DNA of 38,433 nucleotides from a virus (Duplodnaviria; Caudoviricetes), in IMG/VR virus record IMGVR_UViG_3300033067_001055, positions 1 to 38,433 of that record; one strand, given 5' to 3'. A program made the position numbers and the translations under genes. Shown one piece after another: positions 7,836 to 15,002 of this stretch. Position 1 is the first letter of the stretch; each line of letters begins with the position of its first letter. The notes under the pieces were generated by a model. That model had not been told where the DNA came from. It saw only the letters and a program-made list of their open reading frames with translations, and did not search any database.

Positions 7836-8018
7836 CTACCGTTTGCCTGACAATAGCTTTTTCTGCATGGCAGCCATGCGTTTTGCGAACATCTCATGCG
7901 GCTGGGTAATGCCAGCTTCCCAATGCTGCACTGAGCGGCGGGAGCAGCCGACGCGCTTGGCAAAGGCTGGCTGCGATAGGCCAAGAGTGCGGCGAAGTAA
8001 TGTCACGTCCAGCATCAC
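7836..8018 (-). CDS. XRE-family HTH protein
   Basis: LRRTLGLSQPAFAKRVGCSRRSVQHWEAG. Confidence 0.85.
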   Translation of the reverse strand: MMLDVTLLRRTLGLSQPAFAKRVGCSRRSVQHWEAGITQPHEMFAKRMAAMQKKLLSGKR

Positions 8019-8284
8019 AACCCCCCAATCAATTGATCAATGGCATCCGGCTTGGCTCTCGGCACAGGCGTCGGCAGGCTGCCAGATGTTACGTTTCGTT
8101 GCACTTCGGCTGGCATTGCCGACAGTATGTAACGAATATCAGGCTTCCAGTTGGCTTCCTCGGTCACGCACTGCGGCGCAGCGGCCATAGCACTAGGTGC
8201 TAGGCTGCCGTCGGTGTAAATCCATGCCCAACCTTGACCTGCTAGGAACGCGACGGATGCAATAGCGAGGGTGGTGAGCTTCAT
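8015..8284 (-). CDS. Hypothetical protein with signal-peptide-like N-terminus
   Basis: MKLTTLAIASVAFLAGQGWA; ATGA coupling. Confidence 0.65.
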   Translation of the reverse strand: MKLTTLAIASVAFLAGQGWAWIYTDGSLAPSAMAAAPQCVTEEANWKPDIRYILSAMPAEVQRNVTSGSLPTPVPRAKPDAIDQLIGGL

Positions 8285-8499
8285 GGCTTTACCTCCAGCT
8301 CTGTAACCTTAAACGTCACCGCTTTGTCGCGTTGGAAATAATGCGTCTTTATTTGAGTGCGGTAGATGTTGACCGTCAACCCATTAGCCCTAGCCGAAGA
8401 CAAGGCATCCTCCAACCCAGCCTGCGCTCTCACTACGCGGTCATGAAGCTGGTCATATAGCTTGTCGCGCATCTGTTTTACTGTTTCGCTCATGGTCAC
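8281..8499 (-). CDS. Hypothetical protein
   Basis: Overlapping start/stop chain. Confidence 0.6.
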   Translation of the reverse strand: MTMSETVKQMRDKLYDQLHDRVVRAQAGLEDALSSARANGLTVNIYRTQIKTHYFQRDKAVTFKVTELEVKP

Positions 8500-8687
8500 T
8501 CTCCCCTCTGGCTAAGACTACGGTGCAGGCGCTTTGTGCCGTTTGCCATGCTGAACGCATGCCTCCAATATCTGCGCCATCTGTCGTTAAACTGTTGGCT
8601 AATGTGCGATACATCTTCCCGCGACTTGGCAAGGTATTCGCGGGCCGTTTGCTCCCAGCGGGCTTGCTGCTCCTGATTGTGTGTCAT
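8496..8687 (-). CDS. Hypothetical protein
   Basis: ATG at 8687 within the GGAGGGTAACATG motif. Confidence 0.65.
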   Translation of the reverse strand: MTHNQEQQARWEQTAREYLAKSREDVSHISQQFNDRWRRYWRHAFSMANGTKRLHRSLSQRGE

Positions 8688-8806
8688 GTTACCCTCCAGC
8701 ATTAAGCCGCTTTAATCGGCGTAGCCACTGCCAGCGCCAGTCGCCAGCAACAAGCAAACACTAGCGCAACCTTGCGCGGCTGTCACCTGCTGTTTTTGCA
8801 TGGCTG

Positions 8807-9016
8807 CTATGCAGCAAACGCAAGGCACTTGTTAACACCGTTTAACGGTTTGCCGCGCAGCTTTATACCAAGCCGCCAGCACTTGCCGCATACCGCCGAG
8901 CGGGTCACGCCAATGGCCGCGCTTATCTCGTAGCTGGTATAACCTAGACGCGCCATGTGTTTCAGCTTGGCTAGGCGGGCCTCTGTCCAGTCAACTCTAA
9001 CCTGCGGCAGCCTCAT
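8807..9016 (-). CDS. GcrA-like N-terminal HTH protein
   Basis: WTEARLAKLKHMARLGYTSYEISAAIGVTRSAVCGKCWRLGI matches the GcrA N-terminal consensus (W+ ... G.S.. IA..LG.TR.AV.GK..RLGL). Confidence 0.8.
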   Translation of the reverse strand: MRLPQVRVDWTEARLAKLKHMARLGYTSYEISAAIGVTRSAVCGKCWRLGIKLRGKPLNGVNKCLAFAA

Positions 9017-10038
9017 AGCATCGCCTCTTGCTTGTGGTTGTCCGTAAACCTACGCTCGGCCAAAGACAGGTTAATTACGGCCTGCTTGTAGTAGCTTTCC
9101 TTTAGCTCGATACCAATAGCTTTGCGGCGCATGCTAACAGGGCTGTAAACCTCGCTGCCAACGCCCATAAACGGCGTTAGCACAGTCTCACCCTCATTTG
9201 AATAAAGGGTAACAATACGGTCAATCACGTCAAGTTGCAACGGGTGGACGTGCCTTTCGTCGTCATCCTCTTTGCTGTCACGAAACGGCAAAACATTGTC
9301 AATTCTGATGTCATCCCATACCGAAGACGCATAACGCTGCCAGATGTAATGAGACAACTTGTTGCTTTTCGGGTCATCGTAATCGTGAAACTCGCGCTTT
9401 AGGTAATCCCAAAGCTCATCAGCGGTAAACCGCGTTTCGTTTTGATTGTTCCAAGCGTTAAGAATGTTCGGCAAAATGGGGGTTTCACCGGCATAGTATG
9501 ACAGCCCACGCGGATGCGTAACTGGCACCTCGCTGTTTCCAGACCGCTTGAATACCAAAACATAATCAGGCATGGCCGTAAAGCTCTGGGTGCTGTCCTC
9601 AACAATTAGTTTGTGCATAAGACTTTTTACCATTGTTCGCATACGAACTTTTAGAGGCTCCTTCCAAACGGTGATACGGTTGCGGTAATGAAAACCGTAT
9701 TTCTCGTGCATATGAATAACCTCATGCGGGAAATCCCATAGGCGTTCGGTTTTGCTGTCCATGACATCGGTGCAATGCACTGCGGTAATGCGACCCGGCT
9801 TTGTAACTCTGGCAATTTCAGCAATCAGCATTTCGTATTGCTCCAAAAACTTTTCCTTGCTGTCGCAGTTAGAAAAGTCATTCGGGCTGCTGCTGTAGTT
9901 GTATAAGCCAGCGAACGGCGGCGAATACACCGAAAGGTCAATGCTTTTGTCTGCCAAAGACGGCAGCACATACATGCAATCAGAGTTATAGATTGCATAA
10001 TTATCAGTTACTTTCTGGTCTTTTACTAATCCGCTCAT
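9013..10038 (-). CDS. DNA methyltransferase, N4-C/N6-A beta-class
   Basis: Catalytic-type SPPF motif N-terminal, HVHPLQ, and VLTPFMGVGSE SAM-binding motif C-terminal. Confidence 0.9.
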   Translation of the reverse strand: MSGLVKDQKVTDNYAIYNSDCMYVLPSLADKSIDLSVYSPPFAGLYNYSSSPNDFSNCDSKEKFLEQYEMLIAEIARVTKPGRITAVHCTDVMDSKTERLWDFPHEVIHMHEKYGFHYRNRITVWKEPLKVRMRTMVKSLMHKLIVEDSTQSFTAMPDYVLVFKRSGNSEVPVTHPRGLSYYAGETPILPNILNAWNNQNETRFTADELWDYLKREFHDYDDPKSNKLSHYIWQRYASSVWDDIRIDNVLPFRDSKEDDDERHVHPLQLDVIDRIVTLYSNEGETVLTPFMGVGSEVYSPVSMRRKAIGIELKESYYKQAVINLSLAERRFTDNHKQEAML

Positions 10039-10039
10039 G

Positions 10040-11413
10040 TTACCCTCCGAGAAAAGTTGGCAGAGTTAGCGGCTTGCTGAACTCTTTGCCAGATGTGTTG
10101 ACATGCTTGTTAACGGCCGAGTTAAGTTTTGAGAACAGGGCATCGGCTTTGACCAGTTTTTCTTTTAATGCGGTAATAACTTTTTCCTGACCCTCGCTGT
10201 AAACAAGGTCAACGGTAACTGGCCTTTGTTGACCAAAGCGCCAGAACCGGCGAACAGCCTGATAATACTGCTCATAGCTAAACGTCGGGAAAAATACGGT
10301 ATGGTTACAGTGCTGCCAATTAAGGCCAAAAGATGTGATTTTTGGTTTGGTTATTAGCCGCCTGATTTGACCGTCAGCAAATGCCAATAGCGTTTCCTCT
10401 TTTTTCTCGATGCTATCTGAGCCTTTAACCTCTGCGGCATCGGCATCAATCTGCTTAATAAGTTCGGCCTCGCTGTTTAGGTTGCACCAATAAACCGATG
10501 TTCCAGCCTTACGGCCAAGCTCGACCGCAATTTCGCAGCGCTCGGTCAGGGTTTTCTTTGTTTCTTCCCTAACTTCGGTTAGGCGAGATGATGGGCGCAC
10601 AAACATTTCCATTTGTCCGTTAAGCTCAATCGGATGGTTGTTCTTTACCAAAACATCATTAACCGTCAAAGGCGGCAGAATATGTCGGCTATCGTCAAAG
10701 CCAAGGTCTGACGGCTTCCGCATGGATGTTGCCCAGCCAGATACCCAGCTAAAGAAATCATCGGTAGCATGTGGCTTTAGTATCCACTTAACGCCAATAT
10801 CGTTAGGCGACAAGCTGCTTTCCCGGTTAGTAAAAAACCTTGTTAGCATGTCAACATAGCCAAGATGGCCTAGCGCCTCGCTTGATGTTCCAAGCTCGAC
10901 AAAATCGTTAGGCGATGGTGTGGCCGTAAACAAAAACCTATACGGAGCTTTACGCAAAAAGGCGTTTACCGTGTTGCGAGTGGCACCGTCAGCGTTCTTT
11001 AGTATGCTGCTTTCGTCCAACAAAATAACGGAAAAGTCATCAGGGTCAAACTTGTCAATCTGTTCGTAATTGCAAAGGACTATTTCTTTGCTGTGCTTGC
11101 CGGTGCGCGAATACTCAATGCTGGAAAAGCCAAACTTGGCAGCTTCCTTTATAAACTGAAATGCAACGGCTAGTGGCGTTACAATCAGCGCAGGCTTGTT
11201 AAATGTCTGGATATAGTTTTGCGCTACGCAAAGCTGTATCAGGGTTTTGCCCAGTCCTGTATCAAGAAACACAGCATGGCGACCCATTTTTACGGCTCGT
11301 TCGTTTACGTATTTTTGGTAGTCAAACAGCGCATCGGCAAAAAACACAGGCTTAATACCTGCCTCAATAGTTGAGTGCCGTTTGCTGTTAATAAAATCAA
11401 GATATTTGTCCAT
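10040..11413 (-). CDS. SF2 (SNF2/DEAD-like) helicase
   Basis: DTGLGKT, LDES, TATPSPND, GLNWQ, QAVRRFWRFGQ motifs. Confidence 0.9.
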   Translation of the reverse strand: MDKYLDFINSKRHSTIEAGIKPVFFADALFDYQKYVNERAVKMGRHAVFLDTGLGKTLIQLCVAQNYIQTFNKPALIVTPLAVAFQFIKEAAKFGFSSIEYSRTGKHSKEIVLCNYEQIDKFDPDDFSVILLDESSILKNADGATRNTVNAFLRKAPYRFLFTATPSPNDFVELGTSSEALGHLGYVDMLTRFFTNRESSLSPNDIGVKWILKPHATDDFFSWVSGWATSMRKPSDLGFDDSRHILPPLTVNDVLVKNNHPIELNGQMEMFVRPSSRLTEVREETKKTLTERCEIAVELGRKAGTSVYWCNLNSEAELIKQIDADAAEVKGSDSIEKKEETLLAFADGQIRRLITKPKITSFGLNWQHCNHTVFFPTFSYEQYYQAVRRFWRFGQQRPVTVDLVYSEGQEKVITALKEKLVKADALFSKLNSAVNKHVNTSGKEFSKPLTLPTFLGG

Positions 11414-11469
11414 TGTTACCCTCCATCGCCAAACTACACAACCCGCCGCCAGTGACTATTGCCAATTTT

Positions 11470-11665
11470 GCATATCAGCCATGCAACAAACTGGCCCCGG
11501 CCTGCTGGAACAGCTTACGGCGTGGGGAGGGTAAGACCCAACGCACCGGGATAGTTTGCCAGTCTTTCCGTCGCACCGGCGCTGGATTCCGGCCTTCTCC
11601 ACTAGAGTTGTGTCTAGTAGCGGACTAACCAGTGGCCTAGCGTTATCAATGCTGCCCTCTGGTAT
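11470..11665 (-). ncRNA. Multi-hairpin structured RNA or leader containing the antisense (UUACCCUCC) of the shared RBS motif
   Basis: Stems CTACTAGA/TCTAGTGG, CTGGC..CCCGG/CCGGG.GCCAG, GCGT.GGG/CCC.ACGC and TTGCAT/ATGCAA in an intergenic gap without a credible ORF. Confidence 0.5.
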
Positions 11666-11666
11666 C

Positions 11667-11787
11667 TGGTGGGGTGGGCCAGATTGGTTACTGGCCGAGG
11701 TGTGGTAAGCCCGTCTGTGCCCGAATTAAGCACCCCACTGCCTCTGTCGATAGCGCTCCTGCGTCTCGCGTATGACGCCGCCACCCC
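11667..11787 (-). ncRNA. 121-nt tRNA-like RNA ending in ACCA, with no canonical anticodon arm
   Basis: Acceptor GGGGTGG/CCACCCC+A+CCA; D-like GCGTC/GACGC; T-like GCCAG-TAACCAAT-CTGGC; expanded central branch. Confidence 0.65.
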
Positions 11788-11792
11788 ATAAC

Positions 11793-12131
11793 TCACATTC
11801 CTATCGCCTTCAATCCAGCCCGCTTGCTGGCCTCCTCTGACCGCATTAACTCCACATGCGCTTGGCCGCTAATCCAGCGCACCCGTGCCCGGTTAGCCTC
11901 GCGCCTAGCCTCGACCATCTTGGCTATGTGGTCTTTGTAGCTATCCGTTGCCTTGGCTAACGCCTCTGCCTTGGCAAAGCTCTCTGCACCTTGCTGCACC
12001 TGAATGTTAGTCAGGTGAGCTAGTATGCTGCTTTTCGTTTCCTCAAGCAAGCTGGCCGCAGCCTCTTTGTCTGCCCATTCCTCCCCTGCTTCAACCAGCC
12101 GGGCGATTATCTTCTTTGCGTCAAAGGTCAT
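11793..12131 (-). CDS. Hypothetical helical phage protein
   Basis: Clean Ala/Glu-rich ORF in the operon chain. Confidence 0.75.
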   Translation of the reverse strand: MTFDAKKIIARLVEAGEEWADKEAAASLLEETKSSILAHLTNIQVQQGAESFAKAEALAKATDSYKDHIAKMVEARREANRARVRWISGQAHVELMRSEEASKRAGLKAIGM

Positions 12132-12405
12132 CTTTAGCCGTTTCTGCTGGCGGTGTTGGAAGCAGCTTCATTAAAGCCGCCTCCGCATCGTCAAAACGAA
12201 ACTTATTGTGAGGCATCCCGTCGTTGGCAAACTCTTGAAGAGCATCGAGATATTCACGCGCAGCCGCCCGCAACTGCTCAAGCTCGGCCAGCGCGGCCTC
12301 TACAATGTCAAACTGTGCCCGTTCTTCTTCGCGCACAATCTCTGCGTTAAGCTTTATTTCTTCCCAAGCCTCCCGCAGCTTTTCGTCAGTGATGGTCATG
12401 GTCAA
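12121..12405 (-). CDS. Hypothetical protein, partial paralog of 6687-7265
   Basis: Shared blocks; GGAGG RBS. Confidence 0.75.
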   Translation of the reverse strand: MTMTITDEKLREAWEEIKLNAEIVREEERAQFDIVEAALAELEQLRAAAREYLDALQEFANDGMPHNKFRFDDAEAALMKLLPTPPAETAKDDL

Positions 12406-12656
12406 AACTCTACCTCCTGCGCTGCTGCCTCGATTGCCTGCTTCTCGGTAAATCCGTAAAGCTTCGGCTCCTCCAGCACCTTATCCCAAGCCATGACGCA
12501 GCCGGTGTAAATTGAAGGCCATTCGGTTTCCCACACTGCCAACGCCTTCTCTTTGCCTTCGTCGTTAAAACGGATGCAGAAAGCAGGACTACCCGGCACA
12601 GGGTCGCCGTCGCGGCGGTCAAACATCACAAGCTCGTTAATGGCTGGCGGTTTCAT
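12402..12656 (-). CDS. Hypothetical protein
   Basis: ATGA coupling. Confidence 0.7.
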   Translation of the reverse strand: MKPPAINELVMFDRRDGDPVPGSPAFCIRFNDEGKEKALAVWETEWPSIYTGCVMAWDKVLEEPKLYGFTEKQAIEAAAQEVEF

Positions 12657-12916
12657 ATTCCAGCCTTGTAAAACTTGCTGTGACCGTGTTTTGCTCTCAT
12701 TTTCACGCCTCTTTTGCGCAAGCCAAGACTAATGTTGCTGTTGCTTACGTTAAAGTGCTTTTCAAGGTCTATTGTGCTGAACCCGCTGTTATACAGCTTG
12801 ATTGCATCCTGCCATTGAGCTTCCGTCAGTCGCACCTGACGCTTGCGCTTTTTGATTGTAGCTTTTTTTGCTACAATCTGACGCTTAACAAACAGAGATT
12901 TTAGCCATTGGAACAT
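12653..12916 (-). CDS. Small HTH protein
   Basis: LYNSGFSTIDLEKHFNVSNSNISLGLRKRGV; GGAGGGTAAAATG start. Confidence 0.7.
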   Translation of the reverse strand: MFQWLKSLFVKRQIVAKKATIKKRKRQVRLTEAQWQDAIKLYNSGFSTIDLEKHFNVSNSNISLGLRKRGVKMRAKHGHSKFYKAGI

Positions 12917-12933
12917 TTTACCCTCCTTCACAG

Positions 12934-13206
12934 TTAAAACGGGATTTCGTCGTCAATGCCTGTCGGCTGCCCGGCTGGCTTTGCTTGCTCTACCGGCGCA
13001 GCATCGGAACGCGGCGCAACGCTGGCCTTGTCCTTAAAGCTGAAACTGTAAAACGTCTTGCCAAACTTATCCTGCTTGGCCCAAGCGCTGATGTAATACT
13101 CTTTGCCGCCAATCAGCCCGTCGCCAGTCATGTCCGGGTGCGTTTCCTTTTCCTTCTTGCGGTTAGGAAACATTGCCCCACTGTTGTCGCGTTTTTCGTA
13201 TGCCAT
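12934..13206 (-). CDS. Putative single-stranded DNA-binding protein
   Basis: Acidic DDEIPF tail; HPDMTG...ISAW core; adjacent to ERF. Confidence 0.7.
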   Translation of the reverse strand: MAYEKRDNSGAMFPNRKKEKETHPDMTGDGLIGGKEYYISAWAKQDKFGKTFYSFSFKDKASVAPRSDAAPVEQAKPAGQPTGIDDEIPF

Positions 13207-13208
13207 GA

Positions 13209-13832
13209 TTAAGCCCCTTTCCGGTCTAGATACTCAACATGAGCCTTATGCTCCTGCACCACCTCGGCGTAAAGCTCTGGGAACAGCTTTGGTAAACCGC
13301 CTTGTTTCTCCACCTCTGCCAGCACAGCGTCAGCAGCCTCGGCAGTCTTGGCGGCAGTAATGCGCTTGATGTAATCGGCAGCGGCGGCTTTGGCTTTTTC
13401 AGCCGCGCTCGGTGCCTTGGACTTCGGCTCTTTGGCTGGCTCGGATGCAGCGTTGCCGTCATCATCCTCACCCTCTGGGGCAATGCCTAGCAATGCGTTA
13501 AGCGCATAACGGCGGGCGTAGGTCATGGCGCTGCCTAATGCCTGCGGCGTATTTTGCGTAGCTGTAACTGGATAGCTTGATGTAACAAGCTCGCCTGATA
13601 CATGGCGCAAGGTGGTTATAAGCACAAGACCAACCGGGCTAACGTCTGTTGTTTGTGTTACCGCTAGGCCAAGCCCTTCAAGGTGCGGCTTAACAGCGTC
13701 AAAGCAAGCACGCAAGTCGGCATACTTGGACTTGTAATAAGTATTTTCAACAGAACGCTTTGGCTGCTCCATAATGGTTTGCAGCTTCGCCAGCGCGGCA
13801 GTGAGTGTTGCAGGTGTTTCAGTCTTAGTCAT
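13209..13832 (-). CDS. erf: ERF-family ssDNA-annealing recombinase
   Basis: KSKYADL, LRHVSGE, QALGSAMTYARRYAL, EDDDGN. Confidence 0.92.
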   Translation of the reverse strand: MTKTETPATLTAALAKLQTIMEQPKRSVENTYYKSKYADLRACFDAVKPHLEGLGLAVTQTTDVSPVGLVLITTLRHVSGELVTSSYPVTATQNTPQALGSAMTYARRYALNALLGIAPEGEDDDGNAASEPAKEPKSKAPSAAEKAKAAAADYIKRITAAKTAEAADAVLAEVEKQGGLPKLFPELYAEVVQEHKAHVEYLDRKGA

Positions 13833-13851
13833 GTTACCCTCCATACCCGGC

Positions 13852-13880
13852 AAGCTATGGCAACGCTGCCAACGTGTCAA
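13852..13880 (-). promoter_or_regulatory. Leftward sigma70-type early promoter with palindromic operator in its spacer
   Basis: TTGACA-17 bp-TAGCTT; spacer contains TGGCAGCGTTGCCA. Confidence 0.7.
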
Positions 13881-13895
13881 CAGTAAAAAACAGGC

Positions 13896-13923
13896 TTGCA
13901 GAAAATAAATTATCGCCTATCAT
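13896..13923 (+). promoter_or_regulatory. Rightward promoter
   Basis: TTGCAG-16 bp-TATCAT upstream of 13942. Confidence 0.5.
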
Positions 13924-13941
13924 GCTTGGCAGAGGTGCCAC

Positions 13942-14169
13942 ATGGGCGAAGTTATTAAGCTATCATTTAACACTCGGCTAGATATAAACGCTGCCGATAT
14001 GCTGCGTAACATTGCCGAAGATGGGCCAGAAAACGCCTTTGTTATCGTGTGGCCTAAAGATGGCTCAATGCCAACATATCACAGCAGCACTGGCGACTTG
14101 CCCGTGGTTTTAATGCGCGTTAACGGATTTCTGCACAAGTTCTATAATGGTGATTTTGATGCTACTTAG
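13942..14169 (+). CDS. Hypothetical protein
   Basis: GAGG RBS; first gene of the rightward operon. Confidence 0.7.
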   Translation: MGEVIKLSFNTRLDINAADMLRNIAEDGPENAFVIVWPKDGSMPTYHSSTGDLPVVLMRVNGFLHKFYNGDFDAT

Positions 14170-14344
14170 CGAACAGCTTATCCAATCACTTACCCGCCTA
14201 GGTTACGCCGTCATGAAAAAGCACGGCATGACCAAAAGCGGGCTTGGCCGCAAGCTGGGGGAAACCAAGTGGCTAGAGCGGCTGCCGTTTATGACTATCA
14301 CCAGACTGCGCGAAATCGAGCGCAAGTTAAGGAGCTTGGCGTGA
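14159..14344 (+). CDS. Cro-like small regulator
   Basis: KHGMTKSGLGRKLGETKWLERL HTH-like segment; position in the operon. Confidence 0.5.
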   Translation: MLLSEQLIQSLTRLGYAVMKKHGMTKSGLGRKLGETKWLERLPFMTITRLREIERKLRSLA

Positions 14345-14508
14345 TACTTGTAGAAACCCACCGCCTGCTAGCATACCGCGCCGTGCGTGATTACCGCCGC
14401 GCACCAAAGGGCGAGAGACAAGCCGCATGGGCGGCAGCAAAGACAGCCGTGGCACGGGCGCTGCGGTTGGAAACGCAAGCAAAGAGGGAACAGCATGACA
14501 CCGTTTGA
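14341..14508 (+). CDS. Hypothetical protein
   Basis: AGGAG RBS; GTGA overlap. Confidence 0.55.
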   Translation: MILVETHRLLAYRAVRDYRRAPKGERQAAWAAAKTAVARALRLETQAKREQHDTV

Positions 14509-14722
14509 AGTTAAGCTACACGACAGCCTGAAAGCAACACCGCGCCAGACCTACGCCGAGCTAATCAACCTGCTATGGCCGGGACATCCTGACACTGCCG
14601 CCAAGCGGCTTGCGGTTAAAGTCCACGTCTGCACCCTTAACAAGCAGATTGCGCCGCAACGGGTCAAAGCAATCCGCAAGATTGGTTACGAGCTAGTCAC
14701 GGTTGACAGCCAGCAGGGCTGA
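14495..14722 (+). CDS. Stand-alone OmpR/CtrA-type winged-helix DNA-binding domain
   Basis: LINLLW...VKVHVCTLNKQI...VKAIRKIGYEL resembles Trans_reg_C. Confidence 0.7.
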   Translation: MTPFEVKLHDSLKATPRQTYAELINLLWPGHPDTAAKRLAVKVHVCTLNKQIAPQRVKAIRKIGYELVTVDSQQG

Positions 14723-14826
14723 TGTAGAGTTAGGTTGGCCGCTTGGAAGTCATGAGCCACGCAAGCCACTAACCGGCTCCACAACGGTGGGTGGGGCGGC
14801 TAACCTAAGACTAGCCTGTGGAGGGC
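14703..14826 (+). promoter_or_regulatory. Promoter plus structured leader of the replication genes
   Basis: TTGACA-16-TAGAGT; long stem TTAGGTTGGCCGC/GCGGCTAACCTAA; internal CTCCACA complementary to the TGTGGAG RBS. Confidence 0.55.
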
Positions 14827-14830
14827 AAGA

Positions 14831-14995
14831 ATGAAGCAAGTTGGAAGCCTTATTGCGCCAATACTGATTAAGTCAGTTACCGGCAAGAAACCATCCGAAC
14901 AAAAGCGGCTGATACTGAAATACTACGAGGCTGGATTGCTTACATCCGGCCAAGTATCGCTTGCATTTGTTATCCACAACCTAAAACACGCATAG
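14831..14995 (+). CDS. 54-aa hypothetical protein (absent from the ORF track)
   Basis: GGAGGG RBS; MKQVGSLIAPILIKS...NLKHA. Confidence 0.6.
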   Translation: MKQVGSLIAPILIKSVTGKKPSEQKRLILKYYEAGLLTSGQVSLAFVIHNLKHA

Positions 14996-15002
14996 GCTAG
15001 CC

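Noticed and set aside
8702-8806. Small gene between GcrA-like and 8496-8687
   Set aside because: No frame with a convincing RBS, start and coupling could be chosen
11667-11787. Canonical tRNA or tmRNA
   Set aside because: No 7-nt anticodon loop or TTC T-loop; too short for tmRNA and no tag reading frame evident
11413-11796. ORFs 11413-11628 (+) and 11614-11796 (-) as proteins
   Set aside because: No protein-like features; the region is better explained by extensive RNA stems
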